Assembly: GCA_963675665.1 (NCBI GenBank) | Contig: OY776510.1 | Span: forward strand, 1,568,001 to 1,632,000 | DNA from: Spirochaetia bacterium | GTDB taxonomy: Bacteria; Spirochaetota; Spirochaetia; UBA9216 | Direction: 5' to 3' | Length of the DNA stretch: 64,000 nucleotides | Shown: one piece after another, positions 1 to 10,052 of the stretch | Numbering within the stretch: position 1 is the first letter of the stretch | Layout: each line of letters opens with the position of its first letter | Program-made: the position numbers and the translations under genes | The notes under the pieces: generated by a model | Told to the model about the DNA's origin: nothing | The model's database searches: none | What the model saw: only the letters and a program-made list of their open reading frames with translations

Positions 1-95
1 CACTCGATACTCTATTGTAAACGATGAAAAAATAACGCGATTGATAAAAAAAGCACTATATGGTAAAATAGCTTTTCAGTAATGGAGAAAGAGTA

Positions 96-740
96 TTGAG
101 TGAAAATGAAATATTGAAAAACAGTGCGCCTTTGCCGTCGGTCAGACGCTTGCCGCTTTACTTAACCGTGCTTGAAGAATTTGAACGGGAAGGTAAAGAA
201 TGGATCTCCACTACGGATTTTTCCGAAGTTCTTTTCCTTAAGCCGATCCAGGTAAGAAAGGACCTTGCACATACGGGGATAATCGGAAAACCCAAAAAAG
301 GGTTTAAGGTCGACGAGCTTATTTCGACAATCTACGGCTTTCTCGGGTGGAACAATCTTACTGAAGCCTTTCTGGTAGGAGCCGGAGCGTTGGGGTCTGC
401 ATTACTGGGTTACAGCGGTTTTCAGCGTCACGGCCTTGATATTGTCGCCGCGTTTGATGTTTCTTCTGATGTAATAGGTAAAAACATACACGGAAAAGAA
501 GTTTTGTCGATGGAAAAGCTTCCCGATCTCGCCCGGCGGATGCAGATTAAGATCGGTATAATTACAGTTCCCAGCGACTGTGCTCAGAAGGCAGCAGACA
601 GTCTTGTAGAATCAGGAATAAGCGGAATATGGAATTTTTCTCCGATAAAACTTCATGTTCCTGATGGAGTTGTTGTACAGCGGGAGGACCTTTCTTCAGG
701 CCTTGCTGTATTATCTGTCAAACTGGGACGTTTTGACTGA
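96..740 (+). CDS. rex: Redox-sensing transcriptional repressor Rex
   Basis: N-terminal RRLPLY...QVRKDL winged helix, GxGxxG (VGAGALG) Rossmann motif, AAFD and GIWNFSP motifs; TTG start after GGAGA. Confidence 0.93.
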   Translation: MSENEILKNSAPLPSVRRLPLYLTVLEEFEREGKEWISTTDFSEVLFLKPIQVRKDLAHTGIIGKPKKGFKVDELISTIYGFLGWNNLTEAFLVGAGALGSALLGYSGFQRHGLDIVAAFDVSSDVIGKNIHGKEVLSMEKLPDLARRMQIKIGIITVPSDCAQKAADSLVESGISGIWNFSPIKLHVPDGVVVQREDLSSGLAVLSVKLGRFD

Positions 741-812
741 TTTATCTCTATCAATTACAAAAATCGACAAGATTTAACTATAATAATAAACCGTAAAGAG
801 TCATAATGGACC

Positions 813-1793
813 ATGCCGTGCATTTATAATCCGCTTTCAATAATTTTGCCGCTGGCAGCGGCTGTTGTTTTTGATATCCTTGCAGGCGAATACCCTGCGT
901 TTGTTCATCCGGTAGTATGGATGGGGAAATATATATCAGGAATAGTTGAACATGCTGATCGAAGAAAAAGCCGTATATCACGTTTCTTTTCCGGAATGCT
1001 GATGGTGTTCTCCGGTTTTGCTATATTTGTTTTTCCGGCAGCTGTTGTGTTTGGAGTTTTTATTAATGCAGCTCCGGGTTCCGCAGTCTGGGCAGTTCTT
1101 TTAATAATAATTGTGTTCACAATAAAAAGTACTTTCAGTATTTCTGCGCTTTATAACGCCGGAAAGATCGTTGCCGATGCGCTCGACAATGATGATGTTC
1201 AGGAAGCGCGAATCCTGACGTCAACCCATCTTGTAAGCCGAAACACCACATCTTTGACCCCTGATGAGGTCTCTGCTGCCGTGATAGAATCACTTTCCGA
1301 GAATTTTACCGATTCTTTTATGTCGCCCTGGTGTTTTGTGGCAGTCGGAGGCCCTGCCGCGGCAGTAGGCTACAGGTTTGTAAATACCTGTGACTCAATG
1401 ATCGGGTACAGAACCGAAAAATTCGAATGGCTTGGTAAATTCGCAGCCAGGCTGGATGATGTCCTGAATTTTATTCCCGCACGCCTCGGTGGGTTTATCA
1501 TTTGTACCGCCGCCGCTTTTTTAAAAGGATATTCCGGAGGTAACGCATTCAGAACAATGTTCAGCGAACACCGGGTTACTGAAAGCCCTAATGCCGGCTG
1601 GACAATGGCGGCAGCCGCGGGTGCATTGGGAGTGAAACTGGTTAAACACGGACACTATGCAATTGCCGGCGGCCCGAACCTGCCTTCCTCTATTGAGATA
1701 AGGAAAGCATTAAAACTTTTAAGAGCGGCAACCGGTATTTCCGGAATAATTTTTATGATGATATTGTTCCTTGCCGGAGTTGGTGTTATATGA
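813..1793 (+). CDS. cbiB: Adenosylcobinamide-phosphate synthase CbiB
   Basis: HPVVWMG, LVSRNT, ESLSEN, NTCDSMIGY, AARLDDVLNFIPARL, SPNAGW motifs; hydrophobic segments; start codon uncertain. Confidence 0.92.
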   Translation: MPCIYNPLSIILPLAAAVVFDILAGEYPAFVHPVVWMGKYISGIVEHADRRKSRISRFFSGMLMVFSGFAIFVFPAAVVFGVFINAAPGSAVWAVLLIIIVFTIKSTFSISALYNAGKIVADALDNDDVQEARILTSTHLVSRNTTSLTPDEVSAAVIESLSENFTDSFMSPWCFVAVGGPAAAVGYRFVNTCDSMIGYRTEKFEWLGKFAARLDDVLNFIPARLGGFIICTAAAFLKGYSGGNAFRTMFSEHRVTESPNAGWTMAAAAGALGVKLVKHGHYAIAGGPNLPSSIEIRKALKLLRAATGISGIIFMMILFLAGVGVI

Positions 1794-2908
1794 AACAGGT
1801 CCACAGGAAGTACAGGGGAATCAATCCTCCGCCCCATGGAGGAACTCCCGGTTCAGACCTGTTGATGGATTTCAGTATTTCTGTAAATCCTTTTCCTCTT
1901 CCCGATTCAGTGATAACGGCATATCACGAAGCTGTTCATAATATATCAACTTATCCCGACACCGATAATAAAGAACTGACGAATGCTTTTGCCGGGGTTT
2001 CCGGTACCCCTGCTGAAAAACTGTTAATGACCAACGGATCTGCTGAAGCCTTCAGCATTACCGCAGCAGCGCTTCTTGAACCGGGCGGAAAGGTAATGCT
2101 ATGTGAACCTTGCTACAGTGATTATGAGCATCTGTCGCTGCTTGCGGGAGCTGAGATTGTGAAAATCAGGGCTGAAGAATCCGACCGGTTCATCATTGAT
2201 CCGAATACTGTTTCAACTGCTGTAGCGAAGCACAAGCCTGATTTAATCTGGTTGTGCAGCCCGAATAACCCCACCGGTTCTGTTGTTCCGGGAAGGCTTA
2301 TCGATTCTTTATGCATTCAGGCTGAAGCGTACGGCGGATATGTTGTACTTGATGAAGCATATGCCGCTTTCCTGTCGGACGGTTATCCTGTTTATAAGTC
2401 GGGCGGATTCGGGAATCATGAAAACCTTATAGTTATCCGATCCATGACCAAGGATTTCGGTATCCCCGGGCTTCGTCTCGGGAGCATTATTGCCGAGCCG
2501 GAACTTGTGCGTGTATTCAAACTGTTCAAACCATGCTGGAGTGTAGGCAGTCCGGCACAGGCAACAGGAAAAGCTGTACTGCGGGAGCTGTCGTATTTCA
2601 GCGAGAGCTGGCGCAAAACGCGCGAACTTCAGCTTGATTTGATTCAGGGGTTAAGGACCGCAGGCCTGGATCCTGCTCTGACTGCCGATAACGAGTGCGG
2701 AATATTTATATTTTTCAAATCGCCGGCGTTGCGTGAAGGAAGATTGTTCCATCAGGAGCTTGAAAACCTGGGAATAAGAATCAGGGATTGTGCCTCAATG
2801 GGCGCCGCCGGGTTCTGCAGGACTGGAGTCAAGCTGAAAAATGAGAATATGAAACTTATTGAAGCAACCGGCCGGCTGCTGAAAGAATACGGAGACGGGA
2901 ATGAATAA
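1790..2908 (+). CDS. cobD: L-threonine-O-3-phosphate decarboxylase (PLP-dependent, class I/II aminotransferase fold)
   Basis: HGG..DFSISVNP, NGSAE, CSPNNPTG, DEAY, RSMTKDFGIPGLRLG; lies between cbiB and cobU with ATGA overlap. Confidence 0.85.
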   Translation: MKQVHRKYRGINPPPHGGTPGSDLLMDFSISVNPFPLPDSVITAYHEAVHNISTYPDTDNKELTNAFAGVSGTPAEKLLMTNGSAEAFSITAAALLEPGGKVMLCEPCYSDYEHLSLLAGAEIVKIRAEESDRFIIDPNTVSTAVAKHKPDLIWLCSPNNPTGSVVPGRLIDSLCIQAEAYGGYVVLDEAYAAFLSDGYPVYKSGGFGNHENLIVIRSMTKDFGIPGLRLGSIIAEPELVRVFKLFKPCWSVGSPAQATGKAVLRELSYFSESWRKTRELQLDLIQGLRTAGLDPALTADNECGIFIFFKSPALREGRLFHQELENLGIRIRDCASMGAAGFCRTGVKLKNENMKLIEATGRLLKEYGDGNE

Positions 2909-3446
2909 AGATCTTTCAAAAATAATTCTGGTGCTCGGGGGAATCAGCAGCGGCAAGAGCCGTTTCGCTGAACAGCTTTCTGAAGAAAAGCACCAGTGCT
3001 TTGAAAACTGTTTTTATTTCACCCCTGCCGGAGAACCCCGGGATTCGGAAATGACGGAAAAGGTCAGGGTGCATAAAGCCCGCCGGCCTGCCTGGCTGAA
3101 GACAATCGAATGCGGCATAGAGCCAGTCAAAGCATTTAATGATTTGCCGGATCAGAGCCTGGTTATGTTTGATTCGGCAGGAACTCTGCTTGGAAGGCTT
3201 TTAATGGAAAATGAAGGTGCGGCAACCAAAAGGTCACAAGACCTTTTTATTAAACTTTGCCGGCTTTGCCGTGAAAAACGGTGCACCCTGATTTTTGTTT
3301 CCGAAGAAGCAGGCCTGACGCTTGTGCCGCTTTCAGAATCAGGCAGGACCTTCCAGAAGACATTGGGAGTACTTAATCAGTTTCTGGCGGAAGAGGCTGA
3401 TGATGTTTATTTTATAATCGCGGGATTACCGCAGAGGCTCAAATGA
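2901..3446 (+). CDS. cobU: Bifunctional adenosylcobinamide kinase / cobinamide-phosphate guanylyltransferase
   Basis: P-loop GGISSGKSRFAE, HKARRP (guanylylated His motif), VSEEAG..VP, LGVLNQFLA, IAGLP C-terminus. Confidence 0.92.
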   Translation: MNKDLSKIILVLGGISSGKSRFAEQLSEEKHQCFENCFYFTPAGEPRDSEMTEKVRVHKARRPAWLKTIECGIEPVKAFNDLPDQSLVMFDSAGTLLGRLLMENEGAATKRSQDLFIKLCRLCREKRCTLIFVSEEAGLTLVPLSESGRTFQKTLGVLNQFLAEEADDVYFIIAGLPQRLK

Positions 3447-4240
3447 AAAAAATTCTTGCCGCTTTCAGATTTATGACGATTATACCGGTTCCGGGCGGAA
3501 GCCATGCCGACCTTTCCGAAGCGGGAAAGTCAGCGGTGTTCTTCCCGTTAGTCGGATTATTGCTGGGCGGGATCCTGGTATTGACGGTTCTTCTTTCTGA
3601 GCTTTTCTGGTCGGCAATTGCGGTGTCGGCAGCCGTTACGGCGGTCTGGGTTGTTCTTACCGCAGGCATGCATATCGACGGGCTTGCCGATCTTGCCGAC
3701 GGGCTGGGCGGCGGCTGGGATGTTGAATCACGGCTGCGGATAATGAAGGATTCGTCTGTCGGGACCTACGGCGCTATTGCTGTTGGAATCCTTCTGCTTA
3801 TGAAAACAGTCCTGCTTTATGAACTGATAAACGATTCTGTTTCCGAAAGCGGCAGACAGCTGCTGTTCTCATCCCTGGTTTTTATCCCTGCAGCCGGACG
3901 CGGCATGCAGGTTTTAAGCATCAGAATCTTTCCTCCGGCCAAAAAAGAAGGGTTCGGAGCGGTTTTTAAAGCCGGCGTAACCGTCCCGGCGGCTGTAACG
4001 GCAGCTCTTGCAGTGGTTGCGGCAGCAACGGGGTTCTGGGGTCTTTCAGGGGCTGCTGTCTCGGGAGCCGCCTTTCTGTTCATGCTGGCCGCAGGAAAGT
4101 GGATATCATTAAGACTCGGGGGGCTTAACGGAGACTCGTACGGAGCTGTCTGCGAACTATCCGAATTGTTTGTTCTTGCGGCCCTGACAATTATGCGTCC
4201 GGAATTTTCCGGCTGGCTTAATCAATTATTTATAAAATGA
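3443..4240 (+). CDS. cobS: Cobalamin-5'-phosphate synthase
   Basis: FMTIIP, FPLVG, GMHIDGLADLADGLGG, IMKDSSVGTYG, GGLNGDSYGA motifs. Confidence 0.95.
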   Translation: MKKILAAFRFMTIIPVPGGSHADLSEAGKSAVFFPLVGLLLGGILVLTVLLSELFWSAIAVSAAVTAVWVVLTAGMHIDGLADLADGLGGGWDVESRLRIMKDSSVGTYGAIAVGILLLMKTVLLYELINDSVSESGRQLLFSSLVFIPAAGRGMQVLSIRIFPPAKKEGFGAVFKAGVTVPAAVTAALAVVAAATGFWGLSGAAVSGAAFLFMLAAGKWISLRLGGLNGDSYGAVCELSELFVLAALTIMRPEFSGWLNQLFIK

Positions 4241-4917
4241 AAAACAAGGTTCGGAGCGCCGCATTCAGACTTATCCTCATAAGGCATGCCGAAGCAGAGG
4301 GCCAGGGAAGATACCTGGGACGGCGAAGCAATCCCCCTCTTTCTATAACCGGTTGTCGCCAGGCTGAACTTCTCCGTAACAGGTTGTCTGCTGAAACATT
4401 TGGAAATCATTCTGAAAATGTATTTTTATTTTCCAGTCCCCAAAAGAGAGCCTGTGAAACGGCCGAAATCCTGTTCCCTGCAGGCGGTGGAAAAATATCC
4501 GGAACATGCCGGCCGGAGATTATTCCGGAATTTGCTGAGATCGATTTCGGAGACTGGGAAGGTATGACCTGGAACGAGATCTCTGCAGCTGATGAAGAAC
4601 GTTATAAAACATGGATAAATAATCCACTCAAAACGGCGCCTCCGGGAGGCGGTGAGACTCTTGGGGATTTCGGGGGCAGAATTGATAACGGGTTTGAAAC
4701 CGTCTCTGCAAGGTTGCGAAAGGCTGAAAACGGCACTGCTTTTCTTGTTGTTCACGGAGGAGTTATAAGGATGTTGCTGTGTCGGCTGCTGGCATTGGAT
4801 GCTGACAAGTATTCAGCCTTTCATACCGATTGCGCCTCATACAGCAGTATAAGAGTTTTTGAGAATGAATATTCAGACAGAAGTGCCGTACTGGAATATA
4901 TGAACCGGCGATATTAA
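4237..4917 (+). CDS. cobC: Histidine phosphatase, probable alpha-ribazole/adenosylcobalamin-5'-phosphate phosphatase
   Basis: LIRHAE, SSP..RA.ETA, EIDFGDWEG, VVHGGVIR; last gene of cob operon. Confidence 0.8.
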   Translation: MKNKVRSAAFRLILIRHAEAEGQGRYLGRRSNPPLSITGCRQAELLRNRLSAETFGNHSENVFLFSSPQKRACETAEILFPAGGGKISGTCRPEIIPEFAEIDFGDWEGMTWNEISAADEERYKTWINNPLKTAPPGGGETLGDFGGRIDNGFETVSARLRKAENGTAFLVVHGGVIRMLLCRLLALDADKYSAFHTDCASYSSIRVFENEYSDRSAVLEYMNRRY

Positions 4918-6509
4918 AGATTATCTACAGCAGCCTGCTCAATCGGAAGGCCGGCATGATATCTCTTATAAAATTTATTGAAACCTTCAACATCTTTCGG
5001 ATCAGGCTTGACGGTGCTGCCGGTGTCTGAACCGAAAACCCCGGACAGGAAGTCAGGCAGTGACAGGGATGAATCTTCTCTGCCGGCAAATGCCGCCAGA
5101 AGCGCTATTCCCCAGGCTCCTCCTTCACCGGCTGTTTCCAGAACCGTAACCGGGGTTCCGGTTGCTGCAGCCATTATTCTTTCTCCGACTCCTTTGGTTT
5201 TGAAAAATCCACCGTGCCCGTTTATTTCGTCTACCGTGACATTTTCTTCATTAAAAAGAATTTCCAGGCCGGTACGCAATGCACAAAGGGATGTAAACAA
5301 TTGGGCCCTGATTATATTTGCCGGGGTAAAAGCAGCATCCGGTTTTCGTACAAACAGCGGTCGGCCTTCCGTGAACCCGGTCATATGCTCGCCGGAATGA
5401 TAACCGTAGGCAAGCAGTCCCCCGCAGTCGGAGTCGCCGGTGAGGGCAAGGTTCATCATTGTATCGTAAAGCTGATCAGAAGAGAACCCGGCGCCGAGAG
5501 TTTTTGCAGCGCTGCCGAAAAGCTCAATCCAGGCGCTGTATTCGGTACTGCAGTTGTTCGAGTGTGCCATACCGACGAGGTTGCCGTCGGGAGTTGTCAC
5601 AAGATCTATCTCGTGATGAAGTTTATCCAGCTCTTTTTCCAGAACAAGCATTGCGAAAACCGAGGTCCCGGCCGATACGTTTCCGGTCCGCACTTTTACA
5701 CTGTTTGTCGCAACCATGCCGGTTCCGGCATCGCCTTCCGGCGGGCAGAGTCTGATTCCTGCTTCGAGATCCCCTTCCGGATCAAGAAGCTTTGCTCCTT
5801 TTGCTGTAAGCTCTCCGGCATCAGTGCCGGCGCATAATACCTCCGGAAGAATCTCTTCGAGTTTCCGACACAGTTTTTTGCTGCCGTTAAGATTGTTGAA
5901 TTTTTCTATCATATTTTTATTGAATGTTCCGGATTCAATATCAATCGGAAACATTCCTGAAGCATCGCCGACTCCGATTACCCTGCGACCGCTCAGCTTG
6001 TAGTGGACCCAGCCGGCCAGCGTGTTGACGGTTGATATTTTATCAATATGTTCTTCATTATTGAGAATAGCCTGCTGCAGATGGGCAATGCTCCAGCGTT
6101 GAGGTATCGGGTATTGAAACAGCTCTGATAGTTCTTCAGCGGCTGCACCGGTTATATTATTTCTCCATGTTCTGAACGGAACCAGAAGATTATCATTATT
6201 GTCGAAAGCAAGGTATCCGTGCATCATGGCGCTGATGCCCAAAGCCTTTGCCCTGGTGAGAACAATCCCGTATTTGTTCTTTATGTCGTTTTTCAGATCA
6301 ATGTAGCATGCCTGAAGTCCGTTCCAGATTTCTTCTTCAGCATAGGACCAGATTCCGTTTACCTGTGAATTTTCCCAGCCGAAACCGCCTGAAGCCAGTG
6401 GTGTTCCGTCCCGGGTTATGAGAACTGCTTTGATACGGGTTGAGCCAAGCTCTATTCCGATGTAAGTATTTCCGTCTTTGATATTCTCTATAATTTCTGA
6501 CCTGGTCAT
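4914..6509 (-). CDS. FGGY-family sugar kinase, probable L-ribulokinase (clostridial AraK-type)
   Basis: GIELGSTRIKAVL, ISAMMHGY, PPEGDAGTGM, GHGGFFKT, GEGGAWG; divergent from araD-araA. Start re-assigned to ATG at 6509 behind AGGGAG RBS, since the ORF-track start overlaps the promoter. Confidence 0.82.
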   Translation of the reverse strand: MTRSEIIENIKDGNTYIGIELGSTRIKAVLITRDGTPLASGGFGWENSQVNGIWSYAEEEIWNGLQACYIDLKNDIKNKYGIVLTRAKALGISAMMHGYLAFDNNDNLLVPFRTWRNNITGAAAEELSELFQYPIPQRWSIAHLQQAILNNEEHIDKISTVNTLAGWVHYKLSGRRVIGVGDASGMFPIDIESGTFNKNMIEKFNNLNGSKKLCRKLEEILPEVLCAGTDAGELTAKGAKLLDPEGDLEAGIRLCPPEGDAGTGMVATNSVKVRTGNVSAGTSVFAMLVLEKELDKLHHEIDLVTTPDGNLVGMAHSNNCSTEYSAWIELFGSAAKTLGAGFSSDQLYDTMMNLALTGDSDCGGLLAYGYHSGEHMTGFTEGRPLFVRKPDAAFTPANIIRAQLFTSLCALRTGLEILFNEENVTVDEINGHGGFFKTKGVGERIMAAATGTPVTVLETAGEGGAWGIALLAAFAGREDSSLSLPDFLSGVFGSDTGSTVKPDPKDVEGFNKFYKRYHAGLPIEQAAVDNL

Positions 6510-6525
6510 AATTTCTCCCTTAAAA

Positions 6526-6626
6526 GCGTTATCGATAACGCATTTTAATATTATTACAGAGTATTTGTCAAATTTTATTTGACAGCACAGGGAAATCATA
6601 ATAGAATTGCGTTAACGATAACGCAA
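6526..6626. promoter_or_regulatory. Back-to-back sigma70 promoters, each followed by a LacI-type operator
   Basis: Plus strand TTGACA(6579-84)-17-TAGAAT(6602-07) then TTGCGTTAACGATAACGCAA(6607-26). Minus strand TTGACA(6571-66)-18-TAAAAT(6547-42) then perfect palindrome GCGTTATCGATAACGC(6526-41). Confidence 0.8.
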
Positions 6627-6636
6627 ATGAGGGGTT

Positions 6637-7695
6637 ATGGCAACAATCAAGGATATTGCAAAAGCTGCCGGTGTCTCTATAGGCACAGTCGACAGAATAA
6701 TACATAACAGGGGCAGGTTTTCTGAAGAAACAGCGCGGCGAGTCAGAGAGTTGATGAATGAGATGGAGTATTCTCCCAACATTCATGCAAGAGGCCTGAA
6801 GAAAACCCGCAAGTATTCGTTCACAGCTGTTATACCCGAGGTATGGCAGGATGCAGGGTACTGGAGCATCGTGGCCGAAGGTATCAAACGTGCATCCTCC
6901 GAACTTTCAACGATCTGTGATGACATTCAACTGTTTCATTTCGACAGGTATTCTGCCGAATCCTGTATCGATGTCCTGTCGAAAATTTTTTTGTTAAAAA
7001 CCGACGGATTGCTTATTGCCCCCGTGTTTCCGGAAAATGTAGTAAAAATCCTCTCTGAAGCTGACGTTCCCTATATTTTTATAGATACAGATGTTCCTGA
7101 TATTTCCAGAAAGATTTCTTTTATAGGGCAGGATTCTTTTCAAAGCGGGGTACTGTCCGGAAAGCTTATGTCTCTGATGATCGGAAGAAACAAGAATTCA
7201 GGCAACCGGATGATAATTGTGGAACCTCCCGGCAGTGATTTTCATCTGAAAAGCCGGATAGACGGATTTACTGTATATTTGAATGAAAATGTTCCGGAAC
7301 TTGATATTTATCATTTAAAAATATCTTCAGACAAAGAGCCGGAATATCATAATGCGTTGAAAACCTGTCTCAGCGGGATCAACGGGCTGCCGGCAGGCAT
7401 TTTTGCTGCTAATTCTTCTGTTTATCACGTAGCTTCATATCTTAAACAGACGGGCGAACCTTACCGTTCGGTTCCGGTTATCGGTTATGATTTGATACCC
7501 GGTCGCGAATCATTGATTGAAGATGAAACAATCAATTTCATTCTGACGCAGCAGCCTGAACAGCAGGCATATCGGGGAATAATGATGCTTTATGATTCAA
7601 TAGTTCTTAATAAAACAGTGAACAAAAATGTAATTGTTCCGTTGAACATAATCACAAGAGAAAATCTTCATACCTTTGGAGAAAATTTCGGATAA
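6637..7695 (+). CDS. LacI-family transcriptional regulator of the arabinose catabolic genes
   Basis: TIKDIAKAAGVSIGTVDRIIHNRG HTH, YSPNIHARGL hinge, periplasmic-binding-fold effector domain. Confidence 0.92.
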   Translation: MATIKDIAKAAGVSIGTVDRIIHNRGRFSEETARRVRELMNEMEYSPNIHARGLKKTRKYSFTAVIPEVWQDAGYWSIVAEGIKRASSELSTICDDIQLFHFDRYSAESCIDVLSKIFLLKTDGLLIAPVFPENVVKILSEADVPYIFIDTDVPDISRKISFIGQDSFQSGVLSGKLMSLMIGRNKNSGNRMIIVEPPGSDFHLKSRIDGFTVYLNENVPELDIYHLKISSDKEPEYHNALKTCLSGINGLPAGIFAANSSVYHVASYLKQTGEPYRSVPVIGYDLIPGRESLIEDETINFILTQQPEQQAYRGIMMLYDSIVLNKTVNKNVIVPLNIITRENLHTFGENFG

Positions 7696-7709
7696 ACAGG
7701 GGTGTAGAA

Positions 7710-8420
7710 ATGAGTGAATATTCACAACTGAAAAAGAAGGTACTTGAATGTAATAAGGATATCCAGAAATACGGGCTGGCAATCTTTACCTGGGGGAATG
7801 TAAGTGCTGTCGACAGGGATAAAAAATGTATTGCTATTAAGCCAAGCGGGGTTTCTTATGACGACCTTACTGAAGATGATATTGTTGTTGTCGGCCTGGA
7901 CGGTGAAATTATTGAAGGTAATAAAAATCCGTCTTCCGATACGAATACCCATCTTGTTTTATATAATACCTTTGAAACAATAGGCGGGGTAGTTCATACG
8001 CATTCTACTTATGCGACAGGGTGGGCGCAAACCTGTACCGGTATTCCGATTTATGGAACTACCCACGCGGACCATCTTACCCAGGCTGTTCCATGCACTG
8101 AAATAATGCGTGATGAGCAGATTGAGGGCGACTATGAAACCGAAACCGGGATTCAGATTGTCGAAACCTTTAAAGAATTGAATCCGCAGGAAATCGAGAT
8201 GGTGCTTGTTGCCTGTCACGGACCGTTCACCTGGGGGAAAACTCCCGAAAAAGCCTTGTATAACGCTGTTGTTCTTGAGGAAATGGCAAGAATGGCATTT
8301 GTCACACATACGGTAAAGCCCGATACGCCCGAATTGAAGGCAAGTCTGAGGGCCAAACACTATTACAGGAAACACGGAAAAAATGCCTATTACGGGCAGA
8401 ATCAGGAGGAAATAAAATGA
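7710..8420 (+). CDS. araD: L-ribulose-5-phosphate 4-epimerase
   Basis: FTWGNVS, IKPSGV, PSSDT.TH, VHTHS, HGPFTWG, KHYYRKHGKNAYYGQ. Confidence 0.96.
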   Translation: MSEYSQLKKKVLECNKDIQKYGLAIFTWGNVSAVDRDKKCIAIKPSGVSYDDLTEDDIVVVGLDGEIIEGNKNPSSDTNTHLVLYNTFETIGGVVHTHSTYATGWAQTCTGIPIYGTTHADHLTQAVPCTEIMRDEQIEGDYETETGIQIVETFKELNPQEIEMVLVACHGPFTWGKTPEKALYNAVVLEEMARMAFVTHTVKPDTPELKASLRAKHYYRKHGKNAYYGQNQEEIK

Positions 8421-9904
8421 TCGAAGAGAAAAAAAAATTATGGTTTATAGTAGGCAGCCAGCATCTGTACGGAGAAGAAACGCTGAATCAGGTTGCTGAA
8501 CATTCAGTAAAGATTGTAGAAGGGTTAAACGGTTCAAAAAAAACAGGTTATGAGATTATCCTGAAGCCTGTTCTGACCACAGCGGATCAGATTTACCGGA
8601 CAATTGTCGAAGCGGGAGCGGATGAAAACTGTATCGGGCTTATTGCCTGGATGCATACTTTTTCACCAGCAAAAATGTGGATAAAAGGGTTAAAAAGCCT
8701 GACAAAGCCGCTGCTTCATCTTCATACGCAGTTTAACCGTGAAATACCATGGGATAAAATTGATATGGATTTTATGAACCTGAACCAGTCCGCTCACGGA
8801 GGGCGGGAATTCGGTTATATAAATACCCGGATGGGAATAAACCGCAAGGTTATAACCGGTTTCTGGCAGGATGAAAAGGTCCAGAAGCAGGTAGGTGCGT
8901 GGGCTGCCGTAGCTGCCGCTGTTTATGAAAGCCGGAACATGAAGGTAGCCAGATTCGGCGACAATATGCGCGACGTCGCTGTGACCGAAGGCAACAAGGT
9001 AAGTTCCCAGATAGATTTTGGATATGAAGTTCACGGTTTTGGAATAGGCGATATAACAGCTTATATTGAACAGGTGTCTGATTCTGAAATTGAGGATCTG
9101 GCTGCAGGATATATTGAACAATATTCAACTGTTGATTCCCTGAAAAAGGGCGGGGCTGCTTACAGCTCACTGATTGAAGCATTGAGACTTGAGGCTGGAA
9201 TTGAAAATTTTCTTGTAGACGGCGGATTTAAAGCCTTTACCACAACATTTGAGAACCTGCACGGTCTTAAGCAGCTGCCGGGACTTACTGCCCAGATCCT
9301 TATGGGCAAGGGTTACGGCTTCGGGGCTGAAGGCGACTGGAAAACAGCTGCCCTGCTTAGAACGATGAAAGTTATGGGGAGCGCAGGAACGGGCGGAACT
9401 TCTTTTATTGAAGATTATACATATCATTTTAACGGAGAAGACTCTCTTGTCCTGGGATCTCATATGCTTGAAGTCTGTCCCTCTATTGCCGGCGGCCCTG
9501 TAAGCATGGAGGTTCATCCTTTGGGTATCGGCGGAAAAGAGGACCCGGTACGGCTTGTTTTCAATGTTTCTGCAGGAAACGCCCTGAATGCCACGATGAT
9601 AGATCTCGGCAAGCGTTTCAGACTTGTTGTGAATGAGCTTGAGGTCGTGGAACCTCCTTCCGGATTTCCAAAACTTCCTGTTGCCCGTGCCTTGTGGAAG
9701 CCGATGCCGAATCTTGAGGTCGGTGCAAATGCCTGGATCTATGCAGGAGGCGCTCATCACTCTGTATTCAGCCAGTCTGTAACATCGGATCAGCTCAGGA
9801 CCTTCGCCGACCTCTGCGGAGTCGAAGTTGTCGTTATCGATAAAGATACGAAATTAAACGATTTCAGAAATGAACTGCGCTGGAATGAGGCTTATTTCGG
9901 ATAG
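8417..9904 (+). CDS. araA: L-arabinose isomerase
   Basis: GSQHLYG, WMHTFSPAKMW, MNLNQSAHGGRE, GAEGDWK, EDYTY, GSHMLEVCPSIA, GGAHHS. Confidence 0.97.
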   Translation: MIEEKKKLWFIVGSQHLYGEETLNQVAEHSVKIVEGLNGSKKTGYEIILKPVLTTADQIYRTIVEAGADENCIGLIAWMHTFSPAKMWIKGLKSLTKPLLHLHTQFNREIPWDKIDMDFMNLNQSAHGGREFGYINTRMGINRKVITGFWQDEKVQKQVGAWAAVAAAVYESRNMKVARFGDNMRDVAVTEGNKVSSQIDFGYEVHGFGIGDITAYIEQVSDSEIEDLAAGYIEQYSTVDSLKKGGAAYSSLIEALRLEAGIENFLVDGGFKAFTTTFENLHGLKQLPGLTAQILMGKGYGFGAEGDWKTAALLRTMKVMGSAGTGGTSFIEDYTYHFNGEDSLVLGSHMLEVCPSIAGGPVSMEVHPLGIGGKEDPVRLVFNVSAGNALNATMIDLGKRFRLVVNELEVVEPPSGFPKLPVARALWKPMPNLEVGANAWIYAGGAHHSVFSQSVTSDQLRTFADLCGVEVVVIDKDTKLNDFRNELRWNEAYFG

Positions 9905-9921
9905 TCAGTTTCAGTAAATAC

Positions 9922-9970
9922 GATCACGGATGCGGAAGAATAATCTTTCTGTCCGTGATCCTTCTGTTTT
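9922..9970 (+). terminator. Probable intrinsic terminator after araA
   Basis: GATCACGGA(9922-30)...TCCGTGATC(9952-60) inverted repeat followed by T-rich tract. Confidence 0.6.
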
Positions 9971-10052
9971 ATTATTAATTATATTCCGTTGACAGATGAT
10001 TTGGATTAGTGATAGGTTTGTTTAAAGTTAATATAAAAAGCAGGAGAAAAAA

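Noticed and set aside
1-95. Rex operator (TTGTGAA-N4-TTCACAA) upstream of rex
   Set aside because: No convincing match here or in front of the lactate and por operons by visual scan
741-812. Cobalamin riboswitch upstream of cbiB
   Set aside because: Gap is 72 nt, AT-rich, with no B12-box-like sequence
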